A stretch of DNA of 39,166 bases from Octopus bimaculoides (GCF_001194135.2 NC_068982.1:142770726-142809891); one strand, 5' to 3'; numbered from the stretch's first letter, positions 1-12,404 are shown. The notes: generated by a model from the letters alone, not told the origin. Made by a program: numbers and translations.

Positions 1-39
<39 letters not shown>

Positions 40-69
40 TAAAAAAAACGTAGAAAAAGACAACAAGAA

Positions 70-330
70 AAGTAACAACGCGAGGACGTGGTACATGCAA
101 AGTGTTAATGAGACGCTCAGAGAAGGAAAGAAAGAGTGGTTGTTTTACATTTCGAGCATCGCTCTTCTTCGGAAACAGGAGACATAGGAAAGTCTCAAAG
201 AAAAGGAAGACGGAGGGGAAAAAATCGCCTACAGTCCACGTGAAGTTACATTTTTGAAATGACTGGAAATAGATGGACAAAGAGAAAGTGCTCTCTGGGA
301 CAAGTAAGTGTGAAGAATGGTTGGTATCTG
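70..330 (-). mobile_element. Penelope-like terminal (pLTR)-derived repeat with a minimal hammerhead-like motif at 141-177
   Basis: The minus strand reads TGTTT-CCGAAGA-A-GAGC-gat-GCTC-GAAA-T-GTA-AAACA, the CUGANGA...GAAA layout typical of Penelope termini. The same architecture occurs at 32865-32900. Outer boundaries are approximate. Confidence 0.55.
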
Positions 331-914
331 TGTGTGTATGTGGGTATGTTTGCGTATGGGTGTGGTTTAATATATATATGTATATGTATATGTATATGTC
401 TATATATATCGTATTTGATGACATAAGAGGCGCAGGGCTTTATTATATATACAACGATTTCAGCAGCACACATTCAGGAAAACAGGGTTTCAAGTGCGTT
501 AATGCATGTGATATATGCTCAGATTCACTTAAAGGACCTGGGGTTGGGGGAGTGATATTTGAAGGATTTCTTAGGGAAGAAGTGCATCTTACATGCTATC
601 AAATACAGTATGCATATGATTTCTTAATTGCAAGCTGTTAGACAAGTATATCAGCGTGAATATTAAAAACTAATAGATATAGTCAAAACTCAAAGCTTAG
701 AACGTGGGCCTGTTAGAAATAGCAGTTAAATATCTATCAATCCACAATATAATATTATGTATACGAGCTCAACGGGTAATGGGACAAAGGAAACATTGCC
801 TTCGACATAATATAGGCTGGTCATGGTTGCTTCCACAAGCAGCGTCCCGTTGTCTACGCAGCCGAAACAACAGCAACAAATGCAATGAACCGAAAATGGA
901 TACGATGAGTCGAC

Positions 915-1130
915 GCATCCGTTTCTAGAAATAATAGTCAAATCCTTGCCACATCAAGTTGTTATTAAAAAGAAAGGACGTTGCTTTCATTAAACAGTAT
1001 CCTTCATTGGATAATGAAGATCTAATCGTTGAATAAAACATGAGATGATTAACGATAGGAACGCTTTAGATCAGAGATATGCTAATCAGGACTGATCGTG
1101 GATTAAAAACACCATATCAATAACGACGCT
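915..1130 (+). repeat. Degenerate dispersed repeat 'family C' (CTAGAAATAGCAGCCAAAT...GATCAGGGCTGACCTGGGGCTAAACAAC type)
   Basis: ctagaaataatagtcaaatcc at about 925 and gatcagagatatgctaatcaggactgatcgtggattaaaaac at 1070-1110 resemble the copies at 17003, 18215, 25680, 27912 and 28120. A further partial copy lies at about 712-830. Confidence 0.5.
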
Positions 1131-1386
1131 GAAATAAACAACAAAAAAAACATCGTTATAATCATTTGGAGATGAAAAATTAAAAATCTATGGCAGCATA
1201 TAGGCGTAGAAATAATTATGGAGTACAGATGGTAGGTTTGCATCTCTAGGGTTCCGGCATTGGTTCTACGAGGGATAAGGCGTCATACTAAACCGTCGAG
1301 TTGGGTAAACATTTCTAAGGAAAATTTCATGGATAGATTATACACATAGACATACAGACACACAATTTATTATGTATGTATAAACT

Positions 1387-1576
1387 ACAGGCGTGGTTGT
1401 ATGATAAGAAGTTTGTTTCTCAACCACGTAGTTCCGGGTTCAATCCCACTTTGTGGAACCTTGGGCAAGTGCCTTTTACTATAACCTACGGCTAACCAAA
1501 AGACTTGTGAGTGGATTTTGTAAGCGGAAATTGAAAGAAGCCTTTCGAATACATATATGCGTGTTTGTGTGTGTGT

Positions 1577-1623
<47 letters not shown>

Positions 1624-1770
1624 TCCCTCATGAGCGCTCGATGACCAGAGTTGGTATGTTTACATCCTCGTAACTAAGCTTCTCGGCAAAAGGTTCGATA
1701 GAATATGTGCCAGACTAAAATAAATTAAGTACTGGGGTCGTTGACTGAAACAAGTAAAAGATACAAGATA
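1387..1770 (+). mobile_element. tRNA-headed CORE-type SINE ('SINE A', OR-like octopus SINE) with internal (GT)n
   Basis: Pol III head (gcgtggttgtatgataag, A-box-like; ccgggttcaatcccac, B-box), ACCTTGGGCAAGT CORE-like motif, internal GT microsatellite at 1551-1620, and tail tgactgaaacaagtaaaag. Homologous to 23465-23770 and 15042-15385. Confidence 0.8.
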
Positions 1771-1849
1771 TATGCATGTATATTATATAGAGTGAAATAT
1801 ATATAATGTATATATACATATATATATATACGGATATGATTACACACAT

Positions 1850-1884
<35 letters not shown>

Positions 1885-1926
1885 GATGTGTGTATGCATA
1901 TATCTGTATATATATATATATGTATG

Positions 1927-2152
1927 GCTGGCAGAAACGTTAGCACGCAGGGCGAAATGCTTAGCGGTATTTCGCTTGTCTTTACGTTCTCAGTTCAAAT
2001 TCCGCGAAGGTCGACTTTGCCTTTCATCCTTTCGGGGTCGATAAATTAAGTACCAGTTACGCACTGGGGTCGATGTAATCGACTTAATCCCTTTGTCAGT
2101 CCATGTTTGTCCCCTCTATGTTTAGCCCCTTGTGGGTAATAGAGAAATGAGA
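1927..2152 (+). mobile_element. tRNA-derived SINE ('SINE B'), tail type 1
   Basis: gctggcagaaacgttagcacgc (A-box), agttcaaattcc (B-box), body gtcgactttgcctttcatcctttcggggtcgataaattaagtaccag. Near-identical to 10 other plus-strand copies in the window. Confidence 0.85.
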
Positions 2153-2418
2153 TACGTAACTAGTCAGGTTTAGGCACTTGAGTACATTCACATCTTTATA
2201 TAATTATTTACATAATTCAAGTTATATGTATTGTGCATATTAATGTTTGTTTTTTAATTGTTTTTGTTAGTTAGTATCTATGTAAGTATGTTGTATTACG
2301 CATGTAAGTGTGCATATTTTTAATATGTATTCCTTATATGTGTATGTGTGCACGTACATATCTGTCTATGTGAATCATAACTGTTTTGTATGCATGCAGT
2401 GTATGTGTGCACTCATGG

Positions 2419-2473
<55 letters not shown>

Positions 2474-3236
2474 TATATATTATATATTACATATGTATGT
2501 GTGTGTATGTATGTATACGAGTGTGTGTGTGGAAGTTATTATTTACCCTGATTATCCCTGCAATTATCAGGACGTGTAAAGTCGTGTTGTCTTTCAAAGA
2601 ATCTCATCAGAATGTTCTTTATCATAGAAATACTGGTTGATCAAATACTTTCAAATAAGATTGAAATGCCCTTCGAAGTGTACATTAAATTGATTAAATT
2701 GATTACATTGCATGGCTTAAGATTATATTAATATTTTCTCCATGCTTTTCACAACCGTTTGTTTGTCTAGGACACATTTTCTGTTTGATAAAAACATTAC
2801 TTCAATCAATTTTAATATGGAAAAGACTATGGCATATTTTTGTTGTGAAATTTTTGCGTCTTTATTTTTATTCTTAAATAATATTTGACATCTACATTAG
2901 GAGAGCGTTACCAAGTATTCTATAAAATGTAAATGAGTTTTTTTAATGTAAACTGATCTAATCTCTCTTCTCGTTATAAAGCTTCTTGAAGGCTAAAGTA
3001 CTTACACTCAAATACACACACAAGCTCGCAAGTACAGCAACTAAGCTCCACACAATGCTTTAAAGTAGTGCAGCTTTCAGCAAGATGCTGCACATACATG
3101 TTGCTCTAGCTAAGATAGTCGTTGCTTAAGAAATACGGGGCTCGGTTTCAAAGAACTTCAAATGCATGTGTTAGCCTCTGTGCGTTTATGTACATCTATA
3201 TATAGAGACGGAAAGATAGATATTCAACACTGTACA

Positions 3237-3278
<42 letters not shown>

Positions 3279-3955
3279 NNNNNNNNNNNNNNNNNNNNNN
3301 NNNNNNNNNNNNNNNNNNNNNNNNNNNNNNNNNNNNNNNNNNNNNNNNNNNNNNNNNNNNNNNNNNNNNNNNNNNNNNNNNNNNNNNNNNNNNNNNNNNN
3401 NNNNNNNNNNNNNNNNNNNNNNNNNNNNNNNNNNNNNNNNNNNNNNNNNNNNNNNNNNNNNNNNNNNNNNNNNNNNNNNNNNNNNNNNNNNNNNNNNNNN
3501 NNNNNNNNNNNNNNNNNNNNNNNNNNNNNNNNNNNNNNNNNNNNNNNNNNNNNNNNNNNNNNNNNNNNNNNNNNNNNNNNNNNNNNNNNNNNNNNNNNNN
3601 NNNNNNNNNNNNNNNNNNNNNNNNNNNNNNNNNNNNNNNNNNNNNNNNNNNNNNNNNNNNNNNNNNNNNNNNNNNNNNNNNNNNNNNNNNNNNNNNNNNN
3701 NNNNNNNNNNNNNNNNNNNNNNNNNNNNNNNNNNNNNNNNNNNNNNNNNNNNNNNNNNNNNNNNNNNNNNNNNNNNNNNNNNNNNNNNNNNNNNNNNNNN
3801 NNNNNNNNNNNNNNNNNNNNNNNNNNNNNNNNNNNNNNNNNNNNNNNNNNNNNNNNNNNNNNNNNNNNNNNNNNNNNNNNNNNNNNNNNNNNNNNNNNNN
3901 NNNNNNNNNNNNNNNNNNNNNNNNNNNNNNNNNNNNNNNNNNNNNNNNNNNNNNN
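3279..3955. other. Assembly gap (others: 6740-7028, 14948-15017, 15800-15980, 20748-21063, 32599-32794, 35443-36003, 37980-38281)
   Basis: N runs, almost all bordered by (TA)n or (CA)n tracts. All X-containing ORFs are artefacts. Confidence 0.99.
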
Positions 3956-6900
3956 TATATATATATATATATATATACGTAAGTGTATGTGTGCGAAGGA
4001 GAGGATTGGCATTGGGAAACTAAATATGGGAAACTAAATATGGGAAATTAAACTGATTCTTCAAGTTGTATAGACGGTCCCTATCACTTTCCACATTGTA
4101 AGTCCAATGAACTAATATTCACCTCCTTAACATGTTGTTCAGTTCTCGTTACCTCTTCTGTACGTCACCTACACAGGTTCATGGACCTCATATGCAAAGA
4201 AAAACTCTAAGCTTTAAACTCTGCACACTTTCTGGTACTTTGACTGATCGAACTCTTATTTAGACGATGTTATATATTAAAATATAGAGGAAAACTTAGT
4301 CACATCGATTTACAAATATGCAAGTAACTTGGATTTAATGTCTACATTCATTATAACTGTCCATTCGAACAATATTTTCCATAACGACGACTTTTAATTC
4401 ACTTTTAGTTGATTCGAGGATTAGTGCTTCACGATAAATAAAGAAATTAGATATTACACAATTTCGTTCTTTCTTTTTTTACCAAAGCGATAAAGCTTTT
4501 TGATGACAGCAATTCAGAATGTTCCATTTGTACAGATTATCCATAGTACACTGATTTTCTTCATTAAACTAATAACAATTTCAAATATAGTTTAACGTGC
4601 AATCTTTATAGAACATTATTTTCAGCGAAAGATTTAATCTATAATTCTTTTAAGAACAAAACTTATAAAAACAAACAGTTGTGCTAAATCAATTACATCC
4701 GTTGACTTATATATTTGCAGTGCAAACAGCTTATTGCTTTAATAAAAATATATGAGGTACCTTTTAATATATTGCAAGATATCTTACAATCCGCCTTATA
4801 ATCAGCTAAAATAATCCTTTTATTTTCTGTTTCTTATTCAAATTCTAGTTCGAACAGCATGAATATTTTATGGTGGTTTCTGCCAGTGAATGCAGTTCCT
4901 TCTTTTGAAATAATTTTCAGTAACATAACTTGAATGATGCGTTTTACTTAATGCTTTTAATTTCTTGATGAATTCTGCATAATGGTTACGTCTTAACAGA
5001 TTTAACAGCTCCTTGAAATTTAGTACCGGCTTTTTCCAATAACTGCTGAGGTTTCGAGATTAAATACGGGTTTAATTTATTTAGCATCATACTTTTATTG
5101 CACGTATATTACCACACCCTCAAAACTGGTGATAAGGCGATATATTTAATATCTAGAAAATGTACAGTCCTGTTTTATATAAACTTCATTGTACAAAGGA
5201 AACTTACAAAGTTGTTCCGGTACAATTTCCATCTTCAAATTCAAAACCTTAAAATTTTCCTTGGCGTGTATTATATTTTGTTGATTTTTTTCACTCATCA
5301 TCAACAGTACGAATTAAATCCCTATTATTCTCATACACCTAGTTAATGAAATAATCAAACAATTAAGTATTATAATACACGTTACCCAGTTACATAATTA
5401 TTTTTGTGTGGATGTGACAGATTTCTGATATATTTCACATCAAATACTTAGAAAAAATTAGCCAGATCGGATAAAATTTCACGGCACAAATTAGCAGCAG
5501 TTTGAAGTAGTTTTGTGAAACAGCTTAGAAATCTCCAAATTGATATATTTCAGTCTAAATTATATTGCTATTTCTACTGAGCACCACTGAAAGGTGCTCC
5601 ACCACAGCTAGGACTTTCATGTTCCATGGTCTGGGCAGTCAGAAAAAAATAAAACTGTGACTCTCAATCATGTCTCTATATTCACTTGAAAGGAGAAAAT
5701 GAGTGTCATAAATATTAAAAAATATTCTTTGAAATATGGGATTTATAAAAATATACTCCAGACTATACAAGATCTTAGAATTACACTAAAATATACTATG
5801 TACTCTATTCAAATCTGTCGGACTGGCGTTCTCATCTGGCTGCTGTAAGCAACAGGTTTCTTCCGGCGTCTTGTGTTGAACTCAACTGGCTTATTGGAAT
5901 TTTGAACCTAACCTTTTATTTGACCCATTGTTCTTTGTTTTCATTCAGTAATTTCTGAACGAAAGTTCAGATTTTAGAAAATGAAGATGAAATACCATAT
6001 TGTATTTAGTGACTGTACTTTAGATTTCGGGGTTTTGTAATTAAATAACACAGTTATCTTCATTACCTTTTCATTTTCCAGGATTCCAACATTGATAAAA
6101 TTAATCATTAAATTAAAAGCTGATATCAACCTAACCAAGTATACAATTTCTTTGCAATATAAGTGTCCTTGGACAAAAGTTAAAAATATAAAAAGTACAT
6201 ATAAATTCCCTCATTTTAATCAAATACAAAGAATTTATTTTACAAATTCCAAACACTCAACAGATGTAACAAGAAACCTTATGTATAAATTGTTCTTTCA
6301 TATCTTTAAAGATAAAATAACGACCTCAATAATACGAGAACAATGGATAGAATTTATCCCAGTCGTATGTGAATGAATATTTTAAACTTTGATACTTAAC
6401 GTCATTCATTTATCTTACTTCGTTATTCATTCTGACACTGCTTTCAAAATACTACGTGTTACAATACATCTATTTTTATGTACAAACCTTATCTACACAA
6501 CTTAATATCGTGAAACATTTCTACTGATCAACTTAGTGTATTATAGCTGTGAAAGGAGACAGTATTATCAGACCAACATATACAAAGGTATAATGCGTAC
6601 ACACGTCAGTATATATGTATATATACTCATGGTGTGTATATAAAGATATATATAAACACACACAGATGTGTGTATATATATATGTATGTGTGTGTGCGTG
6701 TATATTTACATATACATACATATATAAAGATATGAACACNNNNNNNNNNNNNNNNNNNNNNNNNNNNNNNNNNNNNNNNNNNNNNNNNNNNNNNNNNNNN
6801 NNNNNNNNNNNNNNNNNNNNNNNNNNNNNNNNNNNNNNNNNNNNNNNNNNNNNNNNNNNNNNNNNNNNNNNNNNNNNNNNNNNNNNNNNNNNNNNNNNNN

Positions 6901-7171
6901 NNNNNNNNNNNNNNNNNNNNNNNNNNNNNNNNNNNNNNNNNNNNNNNNNNNNNNNNNNNNNNNNNNNNNNNNNNNNNNNNNNNNNNNNNNNNNNNNNNNN
7001 NNNNNNNNNNNNNNNNNNNNNNNNNNNNACACACACATATATATATATATAATTATATACACACATATATATATGAATGTATTTATATAGATACACACAC
7101 ACACATACCTATATATACAAGTGTGTGTACAAACACGCATATATTTACATTCATCATGTCTGTGCGTGTGT

Positions 7172-7812
7172 GTGGTGGGGATTCGAGCTAAATTTGATAG
7201 CTTGCATGAAAGGAAATGAAACACAATATCTCATCCAAAATTAAAACATTTCAAAATGGTTGGGAGATAACAATTTACTGAAAGTGTCCGCCCTTAGCTT
7301 CCACTAGTGCCTCAAAACGGCTCCTTAATCTGGCGTACGCGTTCCTCCATGTGTCCCTAGCAATAGATTTGGACATCTTCTTGACCATAGTTTCCAACAG
7401 TTTCACATAGCCTCCTGAATTGAGCGGTAAGGCCTGTTCATCAATTGTTGGATACACCCCGTCTTGAGGACATAGTCAGGACACGTTCTGTGTCCCTGCC
7501 CGCTGGCTATTGCCTTGTAGTCTACATGGCAGCTGTCTTTGTCACGCCTCGCAGCCTTTACAGTGTTCACAGTGCATTGAGCAGCAGTCATGTAGTCGGA
7601 ATTTTGACACCTGGCGCGAATCATCATGATAAAGATAACTCTTTTCCAATATTTATATGGCCTCCAGTCATCCAATGCCAGCTAACTTTTACACAACTAC
7701 AACTATAATGTTTATGCTCTCCAACGCCGTTGACTGTTCACAAGTACATCAAATTATTCCTGAAAAAAAAGGAAACATTGGAAATCGTCAAATTTAGCCC
7801 GAACACACTTAT
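7172..7812 (-). mobile_element. Internally deleted Tc1/mariner DNA transposon (probably maT/DD37D-like), non-autonomous
   Basis: Imperfect TIRs: ttcgagctaaatttga (7182-7197) and tcaaatttagcccgaa (7788-7803), 15/16 complementary. Minus-strand peptides resemble a transposase N-terminus (WKRVIFIMMIRARCQNSDYMTAAQCTVNTVKA), a middle piece (LNSGGYVKLLETMVK) and the mariner-type C-terminus (RDTWRNAYARLRSRFEALVEAKGGHFQ*). Confidence 0.75.
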
Positions 7813-10172
7813 ACATGTATATATGCATAATACTTACTAATTCATGTGTGTGTAAAGGTATCTGCATGTTTACATATTCACACCCACATATGTTTAGTGC
7901 ATATGCGTATATGAATATATATCTAAACGCACACATCACACAAATATATATACACATAAGCATAACGTGTGGACAAAGAATGATCTGCATTGTAAACTCT
8001 GCATTTTATACTCGAATAAAATATCGCATGGAATAATGCTGTTTAACGCTTCTGTCCCACATCAGTTTCCCATGGATTCATTGAATCATGTGTCACTCAT
8101 TTAATCAGTTGAATAATCTCTGAAAACAGTGACTTCTTAAAGGTTTTCATCCAAGTGTGACGATCGCTAATTGTAGTTAATCTTCCCCTTGAAATCCAGG
8201 GATTTCTGGGGAAATAAATTTAGTTATAATTCCTTGAATGTTTGCCGTTTTATAGATCTTTTCTTGTAGTATCAGTAACAGAGAGCAGTGCAATTTCGTC
8301 ATCTACAGACTTATATTCTGTTACCACTCCTAAGTTGGGTGGCTGTGCTACTGAGCATGATTTTAATTCAGTGCATAGTGATGTATGCAGCGGTGTTATT
8401 CAGGCAGGTGTAATGAATTTACCGTTACGAGCATTGAAAATGTTTTATTCGTGAGACGGTTGCAAATGTTGTCCTATTAAAGTTTGAAACTTTCAGCCTA
8501 CTTTCAACGATTGGGATAAAATTCACAAAATTGACTCTACAACTTTTTTCATATATAAAATTTAAAAAAATGAAAGCAATCAGCATTCAATATTTTTGAT
8601 TGGACATATACGTAATGAATACCATTTGACAGAGCTCTACATTAAAACATTACGGAGGAGGACACGTTCACTAAATTCAGAGACATCAGACTTGGTGGAC
8701 GTGTCATACTCAAACGCGAATCTTGAAGTAACGAGGAACTGAGTCAAAATGACTTGTGAACCCTTATAAAATTTCATGACAAAAACTAGCACACTTGAAT
8801 AGGCACACCTAATTAAAATCGTTTAAATACTGGAATTATCTGTGAACCTCTACATTCCCAAAACAAAAGGTTATAATTTCCCATAAAAACAACAACATCC
8901 AAACTAAGTGGCGCATCTACTTACGAACTAACATTCTCACCGGTCTACTCTCTATTGTGCACCAATAAGGCTGAAGCTGACACGCCTAAATACCTGACTG
9001 TAAAGTTCTACAGGCATGAATGGATTTTGAACGATAAATCAACTTCAAATTTAATCAATAAATTCTTCCACTACAGCCTACACTTCAACAGAATTGTCAT
9101 TCAACAGGGATTCGCCCACTATAGAAAATTTTAATTTAATCAGTGACTACAGGAATCCAAGATGAATTCGAATGTGTCACAATTCAATGATGGCCTAGCA
9201 AGCCGACACTTCGAAGTCCCTATCAAATACTATTTTTGCTAAAGAATATATAATATTAATAGTATTATATATATACAGAGTGAGAGAGAGAGAAATACAG
9301 ACACAAAAATAGGATAAGCGATAAATGAAAAAGTGATTCATATGAAAGTATGATAACCTTGATCTACTTCATGTACTTAGTCTTATCATCATCCGCACCG
9401 ACCTTGTTCTGACTCAAAATTCACCTTATTTGAGCGAAAGCTCAGCATCTTATATCTTCGTACTGATATGTCATGTCACTTCACTGTCATTTGATCTCAC
9501 ATGATGTATATGCATTTCATAAATCATATACGACTGGGTTCAGCGTGCCTGTATTCATATTAATGATTTTTACGCACTCTCACACACACGCACGTAAAAA
9601 TATATATGCGTACGATATTATGTATGTATAAATACACACACGCGCATATTATAAATATATATATATATACGATTGTAAGTATGTATAAATACATGCATAC
9701 TCACGCACTCATATACACACACACATACACACACATACACATGAAGCACATAGTTTAATGCGTGTGTTCTTATTAAATTGCGTTTTTGCCTTTGTTTGCT
9801 GTCTCTCTATCTGTATATCTGTGACTCCTCTGGTAAATCTACGTCATCTATACTTTCCTGGCAAGCAAACATTATATTTATGATTTGCGAAATGAAGAAA
9901 GATGGACGAGTATTAAAATTTACATTAGATCCGTACTTCATCGTGTGTATTATCATTGGCATTTTGCCATTTAACTGTCGAACAATAAACACACAAGATT
10001 TACTAATCCACGCCGCTAAACGTCAATATTATTGTCACTGTGTACGGTCTCTAGTATCATGAGGATAAACACCCCTTTAAGAAAAAGTATGGTAAATTAG
10101 ATGATTATGACTAGAGTAGAGTAGCAATACTATTACTTATAGTGTGGTTGTTTCAGTTAGTCATTGTAAATA

Positions 10173-10338
10173 TAGCAATCCTTCGACTATCGCGGGTGTT
10201 ACGTTCCAGGAGCTCACAGAAATAATTAAAGTCTAAGAAATATAATACATATCGGCCGCAGAAACCCGCGATATACTGAGAAGTCCGCGATGTACTGAGT
10301 GCGCAATAGGTGAACCGCGATCTATCGAAGAATTACTG
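10173..10338. mobile_element. Tigger/pogo-like MITE (about 166 bp)
   Basis: Left end TA|tagcaatccttcgactatcgcgg and right end ccgcgatctatcgaagaattactg form a degenerate TIR pair of the CAGTAATCCCTCG..TATCGCGG type. Internal repeats are ccgcgatatactgag and ccgcgatgtactgag. Confidence 0.7.
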
Positions 10339-10377
10339 GAATTCTGATATTACTGAACAGTTGGTTAATATTACATG

Positions 10378-10662
10378 GTATGGTTGGCACTCCGTCGGTT
10401 ACGACGACGAGGGTTCCAGTTGATCCGATCAACGGAACAGCCTGCTCGTGAAATTAACGTGCAAGTGGCTGAGCACTCCACAGACACGTGTACCCTTAAC
10501 GTAGTTCTCGGGGAAATTCAGCGTGACGCAGAGTGTGACAAGGCTGGTCCTTTGAAATACAGGCACAACAGAAACAGGAAGAAATAGTCAGAGAAAGTTG
10601 TGGTGAAAGAATCCAGCAGGGTTCGCCATCACGCCATTTGCTGGAGTCTTGTGGAACTTTTA
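10378..10662 (-). mobile_element. 5'-truncated, apparently young copy of an abundant octopus-type SINE (3' module)
   Basis: GC- and CpG-rich block (gcactccgtcggttacgacgacgagggttccagttgatccgatcaacggaacagcctgctcgtgaaattaacgtgcaagtggctgagcactccacagacacgtgtaccctt) recognised from memory as an octopus SINE 3' part. No tRNA head is present. Strand is inferred. Confidence 0.65.
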
Positions 10663-11661
10663 ATATCACATACACTCACATATAAGCACGTACATACGTA
10701 GACACAGACACAATTGCATTATACATTACCACACACACTCGCGTAAATGTATATATTCAAGTAGGCATTGTTTTAAAGAATTTGAAGATTTATAATTCCA
10801 CAGGGAGTTCTCTAAAAAAAAAAAAAATTGGGAAATAGGAGTGCAATTCACTGATTTCGATATTCGAATGAAACATAGTCTTGTGTACCATAATCTAAAA
10901 ATATTATACAATTTTCTCAGAGCCGAATCAACTTATATTCTTGGGGACGCTATTAGTGATTTACAATTTTTTTTTAAATATATGGGTAGTATGCAGATTT
11001 GAATGTGAATTCAATTTAGGCTCGAAGATTGATGTGGTATAATGCACACTGTAACACGCCAAAACTTAAAACATGTATATTACATAGTGTCCAGCTATGT
11101 ACTAGCTGCTTCAGGAATCTCACAATGTATCCACGAAGTGTATCTTATTTCTCCACAGCATTCAGAGGTAAAAGTTCTAAAACACTTTCACTATCTTGAA
11201 TTCATGGCCACACGACATACCAACAAATTTAAGAGCTGATATTATCAGGGCTTGGATTCATTTAGATCGAGAGACAAAAAAATTGTCCAGTTCCGTGCTC
11301 CTAATCTTATTGAGTCTCAGAAACCGCGCATCAGACAATATCCTGTCTGTTTTACATTTCTATATCATTACTATATAGAAAAAACTTCCTCTAATTGGGT
11401 AAATTGGAGGATTTCTGCACTAGCAGTCTAGTTTATGAGTTAGGGGTCTATTCTTTATATGCTGTGTCATGCGGCGTGATTTGGAAAGTGTTCCTTGCAG
11501 AAATGGGTGTGTTATATTCTGACTCATGTTTCTGATCGATAAAATAATGTTCATTAGTATATCGCAATAGAGTGGATCCATTATTATAATTTTCCTTTAC
11601 ACAGTGGAGTAATACATCATGATATATCAAAGAGAAATTTAATTATATTGAATACGCATAG

Positions 11662-11701
<40 letters not shown>

Positions 11702-11745
11702 TCTGTGTGTGTGTGTGGTATGTGTGTGTGTGTGTATGTGTGATA

Positions 11746-11784
<39 letters not shown>

Positions 11785-12404
11785 GATTCAAGCTGCAGTG
11801 TCGCATGCATCTAGCATGCACGTAAGATTTTTATATAAAATCACATGAGAATATGAACGCACCACTTTCTTCTTTTCCTTCCTTTATTTTATGTACAGGT
11901 TTTGAAGCAATTGCCAATTACCTCAAAAGGAGATAAATAACGTTAAATGTAAGTGCTGTCTGTAAAATGAAGCGGGCCGGTATTTTAAAATTTGAAGATA
12001 TAAAATTCCTTATAAGCGAAACAATTTTCACAATAAAATATTTCTATGCTCAATAGAAATAAAAGACCAATAAAAAGACTCGAAAATTTCAGTCGATAGT
12101 GTAAGGGCAATGCGGAAATACATAAGCACGATTACTGTAATAGCATTAAAATTGAATGCATTGGGGGAAGTAACTGCAGTGTATGAAAAGAGATAATGAT
12201 GTTTTTTTTTCTAGGGCAACTTTTGGAAATGCATGAACCAACTATAGCGTAGCATCCATGTGTGCTTTATGTCGTAGCATCAATTCTAACTTAAATAAAT
12301 GACTTCTTCACCGGAACGTACACCTTTACAAATGAGTATTGCGTCACTGAATACATTGTCTCTCTAGATATGTATAGAAACCCTACACATTTGTCACAAG
12401 CTAT

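Noticed and set aside
5579-5611. Hairpin gagcacc-actgaaa-ggtgctc followed by CTAG, resembling a Helitron 3' end
   Set aside because: The next base is G rather than T, and the upstream tgctatttcta matches reverse-complemented family C.
11180-11330. Possible second mariner C-terminal remnant (PHDIPTNLRADIIRAWIHLDRE)
   Set aside because: The similarity is too weak and frame-broken, and no TIRs were found.
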